Shown here piece after piece: positions 1 to 9,498 of a stretch of 52,012 nucleotides of DNA. A program made the position numbers and the translations under genes. Every line of letters begins with the position of its first letter. Position 1 is the stretch's first letter. The notes beneath the pieces are model-generated. The model was not told where the DNA came from and made no database searches. It worked only from the letters and a program-made list of their open reading frames with translations. This DNA is from Deltaproteobacteria bacterium (GTDB taxonomy: Bacteria; Desulfobacterota; Desulfobacteria; Desulfobacterales; JAFDMD01), in NCBI GenBank assembly GCA_019306185.1, contig JAFDMD010000016.1, forward strand, positions 1-52,012, in the 5' to 3' direction.

Positions 1-134
1 GTCAAAAAAAAATGTCAAAAAAGCCGTTTTTGTGTCATTTTATGGCATTTAAAGTTAATTTCTATGCTTTCCGAAAGTTCCGCAAAGCCGTTTAAAATCT
101 GGACAAGTTCCTTATATTACTACCTTTTTATAAA

Positions 135-207
135 TGCCCCCGGCAGGAATCGAACCTGCGGCGCAAGGATTAGGAATCCTTTGCTCTATCCCCTGAGCTA
201 CGGGGGC
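135..207 (-). tRNA. tRNA-Arg (anticodon CCT)
   Basis: The reverse complement folds as a canonical 73-nt cloverleaf: acceptor GCCCCCG/CGGGGGC, D stem GCTC/GAGC, anticodon stem AAGGA/TCCTT with loop TTCCTAA (CCT), T stem GCAGG/CCTGC with loop TTCGATT. CCA is not encoded. Confidence 0.93.
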
Positions 208-310
208 AAAAAATAAATCGAAACATCCTTATAATTATTTATCCTTATTTACAAGTTTTTTTCATATAAAACGCCGATAATGAGAAAGCCAATTATAAAA
301 ATGTAGAGGC

Positions 311-620
311 AACAATAAAGGGATTTCTCCCTTCGGTTCGAAATGACAATCAAAAATAACTTATGTTAAAATAATAGACAAAAAAAATTTCCCGTCATTT
401 CGAGCGTAGCGAGAAATCCCTTTATTATTGCCTTCTAATCTTATCCTTTGTTCCTTTATACAAAACTTTTTGCGATTAAAAACCTTTTTTAATAATGGGA
501 AGCTTATCTTAATATTTGCAAGAAAATATTAAAATCGATATTAATTTCTTGCAAATATATTACCTTATTTTTATTAAAATTTATAATAATTACAATATGT
601 ATTATACTTTTTTAGTATCG
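311..620. repeat. Composite non-coding dispersed repeat, copy 1: an inverted pair of GGGATTTCTCC...CGAAATGAC units at 318-349 and 392-423, then a ~110-bp module TTAATATTTGCAAGAAAATATTAA...ATTATACTTTTT at 507-618
   Basis: Near-identical to 50001-50308 in the same orientation and to 15563-15875 as reverse complement. No ORF. Internal palindrome arms TTGCAAGAAA (516-525) and TTTCTTGCAA (545-554). Confidence 0.85.
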
Positions 621-666
621 AATAGTTAAAACCTATTATATTAAAATTATATAATCGTTTTATCCG

Positions 667-3600
667 TTAGTTTAACTCTTTTTTAAAAAGAGCGTTATAG
701 GCTTGTATGCAAGCAACCTCCATCGGCTTTTCTTTTAAGGACTTAAGCGCTTTGCATACCGCTAAAGCGCCCGCTATTGTGGTTGTATATGGTATTTTAA
801 ATTTTAAGGCGGCGCGTCTTATTTTAATTCCGTCCTCTTTTGAAACCCCGCCGGATGCGGTATTTATTATTAATTGTATTTCTTTGTTTTTTATAGCGTC
901 TATAAGGTTAGGTCTTTTAAAGGAGATTTTATTTACCTGTTTATTGATGATTTTTTTATTTGTAAGATAAGCCGAAGTTCCGGACGTAGCCGCTATATTG
1001 TATCCTAAATTTTTTAAATCTTTTGCTATTAGCGCCGCCGGTTCTTTGTCTTTATCATTTACGCTTATTAAAATTGTTCCTTTTAAAGGAAGGTTTTGAC
1101 CCGCCGCAAACTGAGCTTTTGCGTAAGCAAATCCCAAATCCGGGTCTATGCCCATTACTTCGCCTGTAGATTTCATTTCGGGACCTAAAACAGCGTCTGT
1201 TTTTTCAAATCTGTCAAACGGAAAAACCGCCTCTTTTACGCAATGATAGGGCGGTTTTTTCGCCTCTTTTAAATCGAGTTCTTTTAAGGTTTTTCCTATC
1301 ATAACCTTTGTCGCAAGCTTTGCAAAAGGAATGCCTGACGCTTTGCTTACAAAAGGTATTGTTCGGGAGGCTCTGGGGTTTGCTTCTAATATGTAGAGTA
1401 TATTATTTTTTACCGCATATTGAACGTTCATAAGCCCTATTACTTTAAGCTCTTTTGCCATAGCCTTAACCGAGATTTTTATCTGCTCTATTATTTTATC
1501 GCTTATCGAATAAGGGGGTATAACGCATGCGGAATCGCCGGAATGGATTCCCGCCTGTTCTATATGCTCCATTATGCCCGCGATTATTGTTGTTTTTCCG
1601 TCCGATATGGCGTCAACATCCAATTCTACGGCGTTTTCCAAAAATTTATCTATTAAAAAAACCGCTCCGGAATCTAATTCTTTTACGGTAGCCTTTAAAA
1701 AGTTTATAAGCGCTTTTTTATTATAAACTCTGTCCATTCCTCTTCCGCCCAAAACATAAGATGGTCTTACCATTACGGGATATCCTATGGTTTCGGCTAT
1801 GTTAACCGCCTCTTTAATTGTATAAGCGGTTCCGTTTTCCGGCTGTATTAACCCGAGCTTATTTAACATTTTTGCAAAAAGTTCTCTGTCTTCCGCTTGC
1901 GCTATGCTTGCGGGGCTTGTTCCCAAAACCGGAATTTTTGCCTTGCTTAAAGCGTCTGCCATATTTAAAGGGGTTTGTCCGCCGAATTGAATTATTACTC
2001 CGTCCGGTTGTTCTAATTCTATTATGTTAAATATGTCCTCTTTTGTAAGCGGTTCAAAATAAAGTTTGTCCGATGTGTCGTAATCCGTGCTTACGGTTTC
2101 GGGGTTGCTATTTATCATTATGCTTTCTATATTCTCTTCTTTTAAAGCATAAGCCGCATGAACGCAGCAATAATCAAATTCTATGCCTTGCCCGATTCTA
2201 TTAGGACCTCCGCCGAGTATTATAACTTTTTTGCAATCGTTTATTCTCGCTTCGGTCTCCTCTTGGTAGGTTGAATAATAGTATGGAGTTTTTGCCTCAA
2301 ACTCGCCCGCGCATGTGTCTATAAGTTTATATGCGGGGATAATTTTTGCTTTAAGCCTTATTTGTTTTATTTCCGCTTCCGTTTTTTTAGTAAGAAAAGC
2401 TATTTGAATGTCCGAAAAGCCTTTTTTTTTCGCCTCTTTTATAGTTTTTGCGGATATGTTTGAACCTTCCGCTTTTATTTTGGTTTCGTATTCTGCAATA
2501 TCTTTAAACTGATATAAAAACCAAGGGTCTATGCCCGTAAGCTTATATATCTCTTTTATGCTTATTTTGTTTGTTAACGCCTCTTTTAAATAGAATATTC
2601 TTTTGGAATTGGGAACCGCGAGTTTTTGTTTTATTTCGGATAAGGAGCGGGGCGTATCTTTGCCGTCGCTTCCGAAACCGCTTCTGCCGATTTCAAGGGA
2701 ACGCAAGGCTTTTTGAAAGGCTTCTTTAAATGTTCCGCCTATAGCCATTGTTTCGCCTACCGATTTCATAGACGTTGTTAAGAGGTCTTCGGCTTTGGCA
2801 AATTTTTCAAATGTCCATCTCGGTATTTTAACCGCGCAATAATCTATTGCAGGTTCAAACGATGATACTGTTTTGCCTGTTATATCGTTTTGTATTTCGT
2901 CTAACGCGTAGCCTACGGCAAGTTTCGCCGCTATTTTTGCAATAGGAAAGCCTGTGGCTTTAGAGGCGAGAGCGGAGCTTCGGGATACTCTGGGATTCAT
3001 TTCAACCACTATCATATCGGAGTTTTTAGGGTTTACCGCAAATTGAACGTTAGAGCCTCCGGTATCTACGCCTATTTCGCGTATTATGGCGATGGAGGCG
3101 TCTCGTAATTTTTGATATTGTTTATCGGATAATGTTTGGGCGGGAGCTACTGTAATGCTGTCTCCGGTATGAACTCCCATAGGGTCTATATTTTCTATGG
3201 AGCATATTATTACAGCGTTATCATTTTGGTCTCTCATTATTTCAAGCTCATATTCTTTCCATCCTAAAACCGATTCTTCTAACATAATTTGAGAAATCAT
3301 ACTTGCTTCTATGCCGGCTTTTGCAATTTTTTCCAGCTCTTCTAAGTTATAGGCAATGCCGCCGCCTTTGCCTCCCAAAGTAAAACTGGGACGCGCTATT
3401 AAAGGAAATCCGATTTCTTTTGCCGCTTCTTCGGCTTGTTGAATATTTGTAACTATTCTGCTTTTCGGAATTCTTAATCCTATTTTATTCATAGCTTTGC
3501 CGAAAAGTTCTCTGTTTTCCGCTTTTTGTATGGCTTTTAAAGAGGCGCCTATAAGTTTTACCTTGTTTTTTTCCAATACTTTGTTTTCGGAAAGTTTAAC

Positions 3601-3897
3601 CGCTACGTTAAGCGCTGTTTGCCCTCCGAGAGTCGGCAGCAGGGCGTCCGGCTTTTCTTTTTCTATGATTTTTTTTGCGGCTTCAAAGGTTACGGGCTCT
3701 ATATAGGTAAAATCGGCAAGGTCCGGGTCGGTCATTATTGTCGCGGGGTTTGAATTTAATAAAACTATTTTATAACCTTCCTCTTTTAAGGCTTTGCAAG
3801 CTTGAGTTCCGGAATAATCGAATTCGCAGGCTTGCCCTATTACTATTGGACCCGCTCCTATTATAAATATTTTTTTTATATCCTCTCTTTTCGGCAT
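667..3897 (-). CDS. carB: Carbamoyl-phosphate synthase large subunit
   Basis: 1076-aa ORF with the duplicated ATP-grasp architecture and a typical CarB N-terminus ([30 protein letters not shown]), a second half starting [24 protein letters not shown], and a C-terminal MGS-like domain. Confidence 0.97.
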   Translation of the reverse strand: MPKREDIKKIFIIGAGPIVIGQACEFDYSGTQACKALKEEGYKIVLLNSNPATIMTDPDLADFTYIEPVTFEAAKKIIEKEKPDALLPTLGGQTALNVAVKLSENKVLEKNKVKLIGASLKAIQKAENRELFGKAMNKIGLRIPKSRIVTNIQQAEEAAKEIGFPLIARPSFTLGGKGGGIAYNLEELEKIAKAGIEASMISQIMLEESVLGWKEYELEIMRDQNDNAVIICSIENIDPMGVHTGDSITVAPAQTLSDKQYQKLRDASIAIIREIGVDTGGSNVQFAVNPKNSDMIVVEMNPRVSRSSALASKATGFPIAKIAAKLAVGYALDEIQNDITGKTVSSFEPAIDYCAVKIPRWTFEKFAKAEDLLTTSMKSVGETMAIGGTFKEAFQKALRSLEIGRSGFGSDGKDTPRSLSEIKQKLAVPNSKRIFYLKEALTNKISIKEIYKLTGIDPWFLYQFKDIAEYETKIKAEGSNISAKTIKEAKKKGFSDIQIAFLTKKTEAEIKQIRLKAKIIPAYKLIDTCAGEFEAKTPYYYSTYQEETEARINDCKKVIILGGGPNRIGQGIEFDYCCVHAAYALKEENIESIMINSNPETVSTDYDTSDKLYFEPLTKEDIFNIIELEQPDGVIIQFGGQTPLNMADALSKAKIPVLGTSPASIAQAEDRELFAKMLNKLGLIQPENGTAYTIKEAVNIAETIGYPVMVRPSYVLGGRGMDRVYNKKALINFLKATVKELDSGAVFLIDKFLENAVELDVDAISDGKTTIIAGIMEHIEQAGIHSGDSACVIPPYSISDKIIEQIKISVKAMAKELKVIGLMNVQYAVKNNILYILEANPRASRTIPFVSKASGIPFAKLATKVMIGKTLKELDLKEAKKPPYHCVKEAVFPFDRFEKTDAVLGPEMKSTGEVMGIDPDLGFAYAKAQFAAGQNLPLKGTILISVNDKDKEPAALIAKDLKNLGYNIAATSGTSAYLTNKKIINKQVNKISFKRPNLIDAIKNKEIQLIINTASGGVSKEDGIKIRRAALKFKIPYTTTIAGALAVCKALKSLKEKPMEVACIQAYNALFKKELN

Positions 3898-4099
3898 ATT
3901 TTTAATTTATCCTTTTTGGTTTTATTAAAATTTTCCGCAGCCTTTTTTAGTTTTTTAACCTATAAATCGGAAGAATAATATATATCTTGATTTATAAAAA
4001 AAATATCATTTGATAAAGGCAATTACAATAAATAAATAAGGTAAAGGAAAAAAGATATAAAGCGGTAAATAAGTATCTATTTGTAGTTTTCCTTTTTTT

Positions 4100-4128
4100 T
4101 TGCCGTTTTTATCTGAATTTATAATAAA
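4100..4128 (+). promoter_or_regulatory. Conserved upstream motif TTGCCGTTTTTATCT[G/A]AATTTATAATAAA (copy 1, upstream of the SIR2-TPR gene)
   Basis: A 29-nt block repeated with one mismatch at 6254-6282 upstream of the NTPase gene. It contains the -35-like TTGCCG and a TATAAT element. The exact promoter register is uncertain. Confidence 0.35.
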
Positions 4129-4172
4129 AAACCGGCGAGTAATAAAAAAATATTAAATGGGATATTAAAAAA

Positions 4173-5966
4173 ATGTTAAACTCTCTTAAAATTAATGAAA
4201 TAGCCGCTTCAATTCAAAATAAAAACCTTGCGGTTTTTTGCGGGGCGGGAATATCGGTAAATTCCGGCGTTCCAAGCGTTGTAAAAATTGTAAATTATAT
4301 ATTAAGACAATTAGAGGTAGAAGAAGAGGATATAAAATCTCTTGTAAATGAAAAGAATTTAAATAGTCCGTTTAAGTTTGCTTTTGAAATGTTTATAGAG
4401 CAACTTTTGCAAGCCTGCAAAGAAAAAAGTTTATTTGAGCTGTTTGAAATTTATAATACAAAAAATCTTGAACCGAATAATAATCATATATTTTTTGCAA
4501 AGCTTGCCAAGCAAGGATTATTAAAAATTATTTTTACTACAAATTTCGATACTCTTATTGAAAAGGCTCTTAAAAAAGAGGACGTTGCATACAGAGTAAT
4601 TTATCAAAGTAAAGATTTTGAAAAGATAAATGAAGAGCCGAATAAAGTTAAAATTATAAAACTTCACGGCGATTATGGAGACGGAAGCGAGCATTATAAA
4701 AAAAGCATTGTTTCTACAATAGAAAAAATATCTCGGGAAAATCAAAAATATAAACAGGATAATTTTATAAATTATCTTTTTTCAAAAGGAAAACATAAAG
4801 AGGTTTTAATTTTAGGCTATAGCTGTTCGGATCAACTTGATATAACTCCGCAAATAGAATTAATAGATAAAAATTTAAAGCGGGTATTTTTTATTCAACA
4901 TTCGGACAATAAAGAAAAGATTGAATCTATACAAAAAGAGGAAAGCAAAAACCCTTTTGAAAAATTTAATAAGAGTCATCGAATATATTGCAATACAGAT
5001 AACATAATTTCCGCTTTATGGAAGCGGATAATAAAAGAACCTCTGCCGTTATCGGATAATAACAAGATTGAAACAAAGGAAGCAAAGCCGAACTGGCAAA
5101 AAGCAATAGAAAACTGGAAACGGAATATTCATAGTAATAATTATGTTGCCGGATGGATATTTGATGGTTTGGGGGCTTATAAGGAAGCTAAAAAATATTT
5201 TGAGAGCGCGCTTGTCATTTTTAAAAAGATATACGGAGAGGAACATCCGGAGGTGGCAAAGTATTTAAACAATATCGGCGGGGCATTGAAAGAATTAGGG
5301 GAATATAAAAAGGCAATAGAAGCTTTAGAAAAAGCGCTTGATATAGATAAAAAGGTTTACGGAGAGGAACATCTGAATGTAGCGAGAGACTTAAACAATA
5401 TCGGCGAGGCGTTAAGAGAATCAGGAGAGTATAAGAAGGGAATAGAATCTTTAGAAAAATATAAAAAGGCGATAAGCTATTATGAGAAAGCGCTTAATAT
5501 TTATAAAAAGGTTTACGGAGAGGAACATCCTGATATAGCAACAAATTTAAACAATATCGGCGCGGTATTGGAAGCATTAGGGGAATATGAAAAAGCGATA
5601 GAATTTTTAGAAAAGGCGCTTAATATTTATAAAAAGATTTACGGAGAGGAATATCCTGATATAGCAACAAACTTAAACAATATCGGCGCGGTATTAAGAA
5701 AATTAGAGAAATATGATGAGGCAATAGAATATTTAGAAAAAGCGCTTGATATAGATAAAAAGGTTTACGGAGAGGAACATCCGAATATAGCGAGAACCTT
5801 AAACAATATCGGCATGGTATGGTTTAAATTAGAGGAATATAAAGAAGCGCTTGGATATTTGGAAGAATCTTTAAAAATTTGTATGCGGTTTTTGGGAGAA
5901 AATCATCCCGATACAAAGAATGTAAAAAAAGGTATAGGCATTGTTAAACAAAAGCTTAATAATTAA
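4173..5966 (+). CDS. SIR2-like (SIR2_2 family) domain protein fused to a C-terminal kinesin-light-chain-type TPR array
   Basis: N-terminal ~300 aa carry the SIR2_2 hallmarks FCGAGISVNSGVPS, TTNFD (aa 122-126), KLHGD (aa 163-167) and GYSCSD (aa 215-220). The C-terminal half is six to seven 42-aa repeats with consensus YGEEHPxxAxxLNNIGxxLxxLGEYxKAIExLEKAL. Confidence 0.85.
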   Translation: MLNSLKINEIAASIQNKNLAVFCGAGISVNSGVPSVVKIVNYILRQLEVEEEDIKSLVNEKNLNSPFKFAFEMFIEQLLQACKEKSLFELFEIYNTKNLEPNNNHIFFAKLAKQGLLKIIFTTNFDTLIEKALKKEDVAYRVIYQSKDFEKINEEPNKVKIIKLHGDYGDGSEHYKKSIVSTIEKISRENQKYKQDNFINYLFSKGKHKEVLILGYSCSDQLDITPQIELIDKNLKRVFFIQHSDNKEKIESIQKEESKNPFEKFNKSHRIYCNTDNIISALWKRIIKEPLPLSDNNKIETKEAKPNWQKAIENWKRNIHSNNYVAGWIFDGLGAYKEAKKYFESALVIFKKIYGEEHPEVAKYLNNIGGALKELGEYKKAIEALEKALDIDKKVYGEEHLNVARDLNNIGEALRESGEYKKGIESLEKYKKAISYYEKALNIYKKVYGEEHPDIATNLNNIGAVLEALGEYEKAIEFLEKALNIYKKIYGEEYPDIATNLNNIGAVLRKLEKYDEAIEYLEKALDIDKKVYGEEHPNIARTLNNIGMVWFKLEEYKEALGYLEESLKICMRFLGENHPDTKNVKKGIGIVKQKLNN

Positions 5967-6160
5967 AAACCCTTGCGCAACCTCCTATTTTGCTTATTTT
6001 ATGCGTTATGCTTAACTTTTAATCCTCGAAATACTTTGATTATTCCTACGGTTAAAGTTTTTATGCGTCTTGAAAAGAATAAACAAAATTTTTAATAAAC
6101 GTCTTTTTAATTAAGGGATTTCTCCTCGCTACGCTCGTCGAAATGACAGGTAAAAATAAA
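5967..6160. repeat. Duplicated 3' flank (TTAATCCTCGAAATAC family element plus one GGGATTTCTCC...CGAAATGACAGG unit)
   Basis: Aligns almost base-for-base with 9209-9392, downstream of the second TPR gene. The TTAATCCTCGAAATAC part also recurs at 11271-11335. Confidence 0.85.
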
Positions 6161-6253
6161 GTCCGCCGAAATGAACATGCACAAAATAAAGCTCGTTGCA
6201 ATTAAAAAATTAAAAGCCGTTTTTTTCAACTAACGGCATTTTTCATAATTTTC

Positions 6254-6282
6254 TTGCCGTTTTTATCTAAATTTATAATAAA
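6254..6282 (+). promoter_or_regulatory. Conserved upstream motif TTGCCGTTTTTATCTAAATTTATAATAAA (copy 2, upstream of the NTPase-TPR operon)
   Basis: Same 29-nt block as 4100-4128. In both copies a further ACCGG follows, 4 nt after the block at 4132-4136 and 9 nt after it at 6291-6295. Confidence 0.35.
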
Positions 6283-6366
6283 TAGGCTTAACCGGATTTT
6301 TACAATAAAATTTGTTAACATAAAGAATAATTGCAAAAAAGCATATGAATAGAAAAGAGGTTAATT

Positions 6367-7698
6367 ATGGTTAGTAAAAAAGCTAAAACAATAGACGAAA
6401 TAGACGCGGCGGTTCAATATAAGGTTCCGGTAACGCCGGATAATATATTTTTTACCGATTTAAGCAAAGCAAGAGGAAGTTTTAAAGAGAGCAGGCTTTT
6501 AAAAAGCCTTAAACTTAACGCAAAAAAACCTTATAGAATGGTTGGAGACCCGGAGAATAAAAAGCTTATATTTCTTGCCGGAATGTACGGCAGCGGCAAA
6601 ACTTCAGAGTTAAAGAGAATTGCACAAGAGATTGAAAATCCGGAAAGTTATTTGTGTATTACATGCAGTTTGGATACGGACCTTGATATGAATAATATCG
6701 ATTTTGTAGATATTCTGATATTTATGGCGGAAGGTTTGTTAAAAAGGATGGAACAAAAAAAAATCCGGATCAATACCGATATTATAGATTCTTTAAATAG
6801 CTGGTTTACGGAAAGAATAAAAGAGACAAACAGGGTTGCGGAACATTCCGCAAAAATAGAGACCGAAATATCCGCCGGAGCGAGCTTATTAAGTTTAATA
6901 AAAATTATAGGAAGCTTAAAAAACGCGTTTGCCTATAATACATCTTATGCGGAAAAGGCAAGAGTAGTGTTTAGGGATAATTTTTCGGACCTTAAGGATA
7001 AGTTTAACGAGTTTATAGGAGAAACCGTTTTAAAGATACAAAGCAAGAAAATAGCAAAAGATATTCTTTTTATAATAGACGGAATAGAAAAGGTTCAAAC
7101 TGCAAAATTGCGTGAAAAAATAATAAAAAAGGACGGTTTAAGAATAAAGGCTATAAAAACGAATATGCTAATTACAATGCCTATAGAGCTTCATCATCAG
7201 GTAAGTAATTTGCGGGCAATAGAGCCGGAAATAATAAGGTTCCCTTTTATAAAGCTTATGGATAAAAGAACCGGCGAGCCTATAACAGAGAATATAGAAA
7301 TTTTAAAAGAATATGTATATAAGCGGGTTGATAAATCCCTTTTTGAAAATGAAGATTTGGTAAAAGATATAATTTTAACAAGCGGAGGTTCGCCTCGGGA
7401 ACTTTTGCGCATTATCAAGACTATGGGCGTAGAGCTTGACCCGGAAGCGACCGTATTGAACAGACAGGCTTTTAATGACGCGGTTAAATATTTGGGCAAT
7501 TTATATGCTACGGGCATTACGCAAGAGGAGTTTGATTTAATAAACAAGGTTGTAAACAGCAAAGGGGAAATACCTTTTAGCAAAACTTTGCAAGGGCTTT
7601 TGTCAAGGGTTATTATAATGGAATATAACGACGGAACATATAAAAAGGTTAATCCTATTATAGAGGCTTCCGCGATATACAAAAAATATGTTAATTAA
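6367..7698 (+). CDS. P-loop NTPase (KAP/STAND/AAA+-like, family unassigned)
   Basis: Walker A LAGMYGSGKTSE, a ~155-aa insertion, Walker B-like DILFIIDGIEK, and a sensor/lid-like SGGSPRELLRII followed by a helical C-terminal region. GAGG lies 8 nt upstream of the ATG. Its stop overlaps the next gene by 11 nt. Confidence 0.75.
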   Translation: MVSKKAKTIDEIDAAVQYKVPVTPDNIFFTDLSKARGSFKESRLLKSLKLNAKKPYRMVGDPENKKLIFLAGMYGSGKTSELKRIAQEIENPESYLCITCSLDTDLDMNNIDFVDILIFMAEGLLKRMEQKKIRINTDIIDSLNSWFTERIKETNRVAEHSAKIETEISAGASLLSLIKIIGSLKNAFAYNTSYAEKARVVFRDNFSDLKDKFNEFIGETVLKIQSKKIAKDILFIIDGIEKVQTAKLREKIIKKDGLRIKAIKTNMLITMPIELHHQVSNLRAIEPEIIRFPFIKLMDKRTGEPITENIEILKEYVYKRVDKSLFENEDLVKDIILTSGGSPRELLRIIKTMGVELDPEATVLNRQAFNDAVKYLGNLYATGITQEEFDLINKVVNSKGEIPFSKTLQGLLSRVIIMEYNDGTYKKVNPIIEASAIYKKYVN

Positions 7699-9208
7699 AG
7701 ATAATAAGTATAAAAAAAATCTTAACCGGCTTTTAAGAACAGTAGCAAGCGGGCTATTTGAATTTATAATATTGCGCTACAACATTACGGAACTGTTTAA
7801 CGAGGCGGTTACATCCTTAAAAAACGCTTATCCTAATAGAGAATGCAAAATATTTTCCGCAAAGGATATGGATTATAATCTGTTTATGGAAAAGGCAAGG
7901 GAGGCGGAGAGCGGGTTTTTAATAATAGAGGATTTTGAACATTTATTGGATAAGCAGGATATATACGATATAAATTATAGAAGAGACCTTATAGCGCAAA
8001 AAGATATTGCTTTAATAGTTTGCATTCCGGCAGAAGATGAACATCTTTTAAAGCTTATGAAAAAAATGCCGGATTTTTGGTCTTTTCAAAGCCTTACAAT
8101 AAAACTTACCGCTCAAATATCAAAAACCGAATCAAAACAGGATAATTTTGCCTCGGAACTTAAAGAAAACAGAAAAACCTCCTCTTTTACCTCCTTAACA
8201 ATAAGCGCAAAACTTGCGGAATTGAAAAGATTGGAAAAAAGAATTAAAGAGCCGGAAGCCCAAAAAAGCTTTAATCTTTTATCCTCCTTATACTCTCAGA
8301 TATTTACCCTTGCCGAAGAGCTTGCGGAGTATAAAAAGGGTTTGGAATATGCGAATAAATATCTTCAAATTGCAAAAGCCGCAAATAACCCTTCCGAAAT
8401 TTCAAAAGCTTTAAATAAGGCGGGAGAATTTAATATATATTTGGGTAATTATTCCAAAGGGTTAAAGTTATGCGAAAAAGCATTGAAATCGGATATTGAA
8501 AATTTAGGCAATGAGCATCCTAATACTGCAGTAAGCTTAAACAATATCGGCGGGGCATTGCAATATTTAGGCGAATATAAGCGTGCGGTAGAGCATTATG
8601 AGAAGGCGCTTGATATAGATAAGAAGGTTTACGGAGAGGAGCATCCGAACGTTGCTATTCGTTTAAGCAATATCGGCGGGTCGTTGCAATATTTAGGGGA
8701 ATATAAGCGGGCGATAGAGCATTATGAGCAAGCGCTTGATATAGATAAGAAGGTTTACGGAGAGGAACATCCGAAAGTTGCTACAAGCTTAAATAATATT
8801 GGCGGGGCGTTGCAATCTTTAGGGGAATATAAGAAAGCGATAAGGTATTATAAGCAAGCGTTTGATATAGATAAGAAGGTTTACGGAGAGGAACATCCGA
8901 AAGTTGCTACAAGCTTAAATAATATTGGCGGGGCGTTGCAATCTTTAGGGGAATATAAGAAAGCGATAGAGCATTATGAGCAAGCGCTTGATATAGATAA
9001 GAAGGTTTACGGAGAGGAACATCCGAAAGTTGCTATTCGTTTAAACAATATCGGCGTGGCGTTGCAATATTTAGGTAAATATAAAGAAGCGCTTGGATAT
9101 TGTGAAAAAGCTTTAAAAATTCGTATGCGGCTTTTGGGAGAAAATCATCCCGATACAAAGAATGTAAAAGTAGGTATAGGCATTATTAAACAAAAGCTTA
9201 ATAATTAA
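7688..9208 (+). CDS. TPR-repeat protein (unassigned ~170-aa N-terminal domain plus seven to eight kinesin-light-chain-type TPR units)
   Basis: 506-aa ORF whose ATG lies inside the last codons of the NTPase gene. The TPR consensus is the same as in 4173-5966 and the C-terminal cap is nearly identical (LGENHPDTKNVKxGIGIxKQKLNN). It contains a perfect 105-nt duplication at a 126-nt period (8738-8842 = 8864-8968). Confidence 0.85.
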   Translation: MLIKDNKYKKNLNRLLRTVASGLFEFIILRYNITELFNEAVTSLKNAYPNRECKIFSAKDMDYNLFMEKAREAESGFLIIEDFEHLLDKQDIYDINYRRDLIAQKDIALIVCIPAEDEHLLKLMKKMPDFWSFQSLTIKLTAQISKTESKQDNFASELKENRKTSSFTSLTISAKLAELKRLEKRIKEPEAQKSFNLLSSLYSQIFTLAEELAEYKKGLEYANKYLQIAKAANNPSEISKALNKAGEFNIYLGNYSKGLKLCEKALKSDIENLGNEHPNTAVSLNNIGGALQYLGEYKRAVEHYEKALDIDKKVYGEEHPNVAIRLSNIGGSLQYLGEYKRAIEHYEQALDIDKKVYGEEHPKVATSLNNIGGALQSLGEYKKAIRYYKQAFDIDKKVYGEEHPKVATSLNNIGGALQSLGEYKKAIEHYEQALDIDKKVYGEEHPKVAIRLNNIGVALQYLGKYKEALGYCEKALKIRMRLLGENHPDTKNVKVGIGIIKQKLNN

Positions 9209-9392
9209 AAACCCCTTGCGCAACCTCTTATCTTATGCATTACGCTCAAATTTTAATCCTCGAAATACTTTGCTTATTCCTACGATTAAAATTTTTATAC
9301 GCCTTGAAAAGAATAAACAAAATTTTTAAAAGCCGTTTTTTAATTCAGGGATTTCTCCTCGCTACGCTCGTCGAAATGACAGGTAAAAATAA
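9209..9392. repeat. Duplicated 3' flank (copy 2 of 5967-6160)
   Basis: Shares AAAACCC(C)TTGCGCAACCTC..TTAATCCTCGAAATACTTTG.TTATTCCTACG.TTAAA...CTTGAAAAGAATAAACAAAATTTTTAA...GGGATTTCTCCTCGCTACGCTCGTCGAAATGACAGGTAAAAATAA with the first copy. Confidence 0.85.
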
Positions 9393-9498
9393 TATTCGTA
9401 GCTATTACAACAAAATAAGATTTGTCGAGATGCGATACAACGTAAGGTTTGTCTATCGGTTTGGATTTTTCCCGAACAGGTAAACAAGGATAGCCTAA

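Noticed and set aside
135-207. tRNA-Arg(CCT) as the integration site for the SIR2/NTPase/TPR islet
   Set aside because: carB (3.2 kb, housekeeping) lies between the tRNA and the islet. No integrase is present and no duplicated tRNA 3' segment was seen.
6216-6244. Hairpin GCCGTT-N10-AACGGC followed by ATTTTT as the terminator of the SIR2-TPR gene
   Set aside because: The stem is only 6 bp with a 10-nt loop, and the AAAAGCCGTTTTT string recurs in other repeat copies (for example near 20-35 and 9328-9342). It is too weak to call.
9235-9483. 82-aa ORF (and the similar 83-aa ORF at 15707-15958) containing the LVEMTGKNN / LVEMTSKNK peptide
   Set aside because: Both ORFs are read straight across copies of the GGGATTTCTCC...CGAAATGAC repeat. 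The shared peptide is a translation artefact of the repeat, and no ribosome-binding site or coding character is evident.
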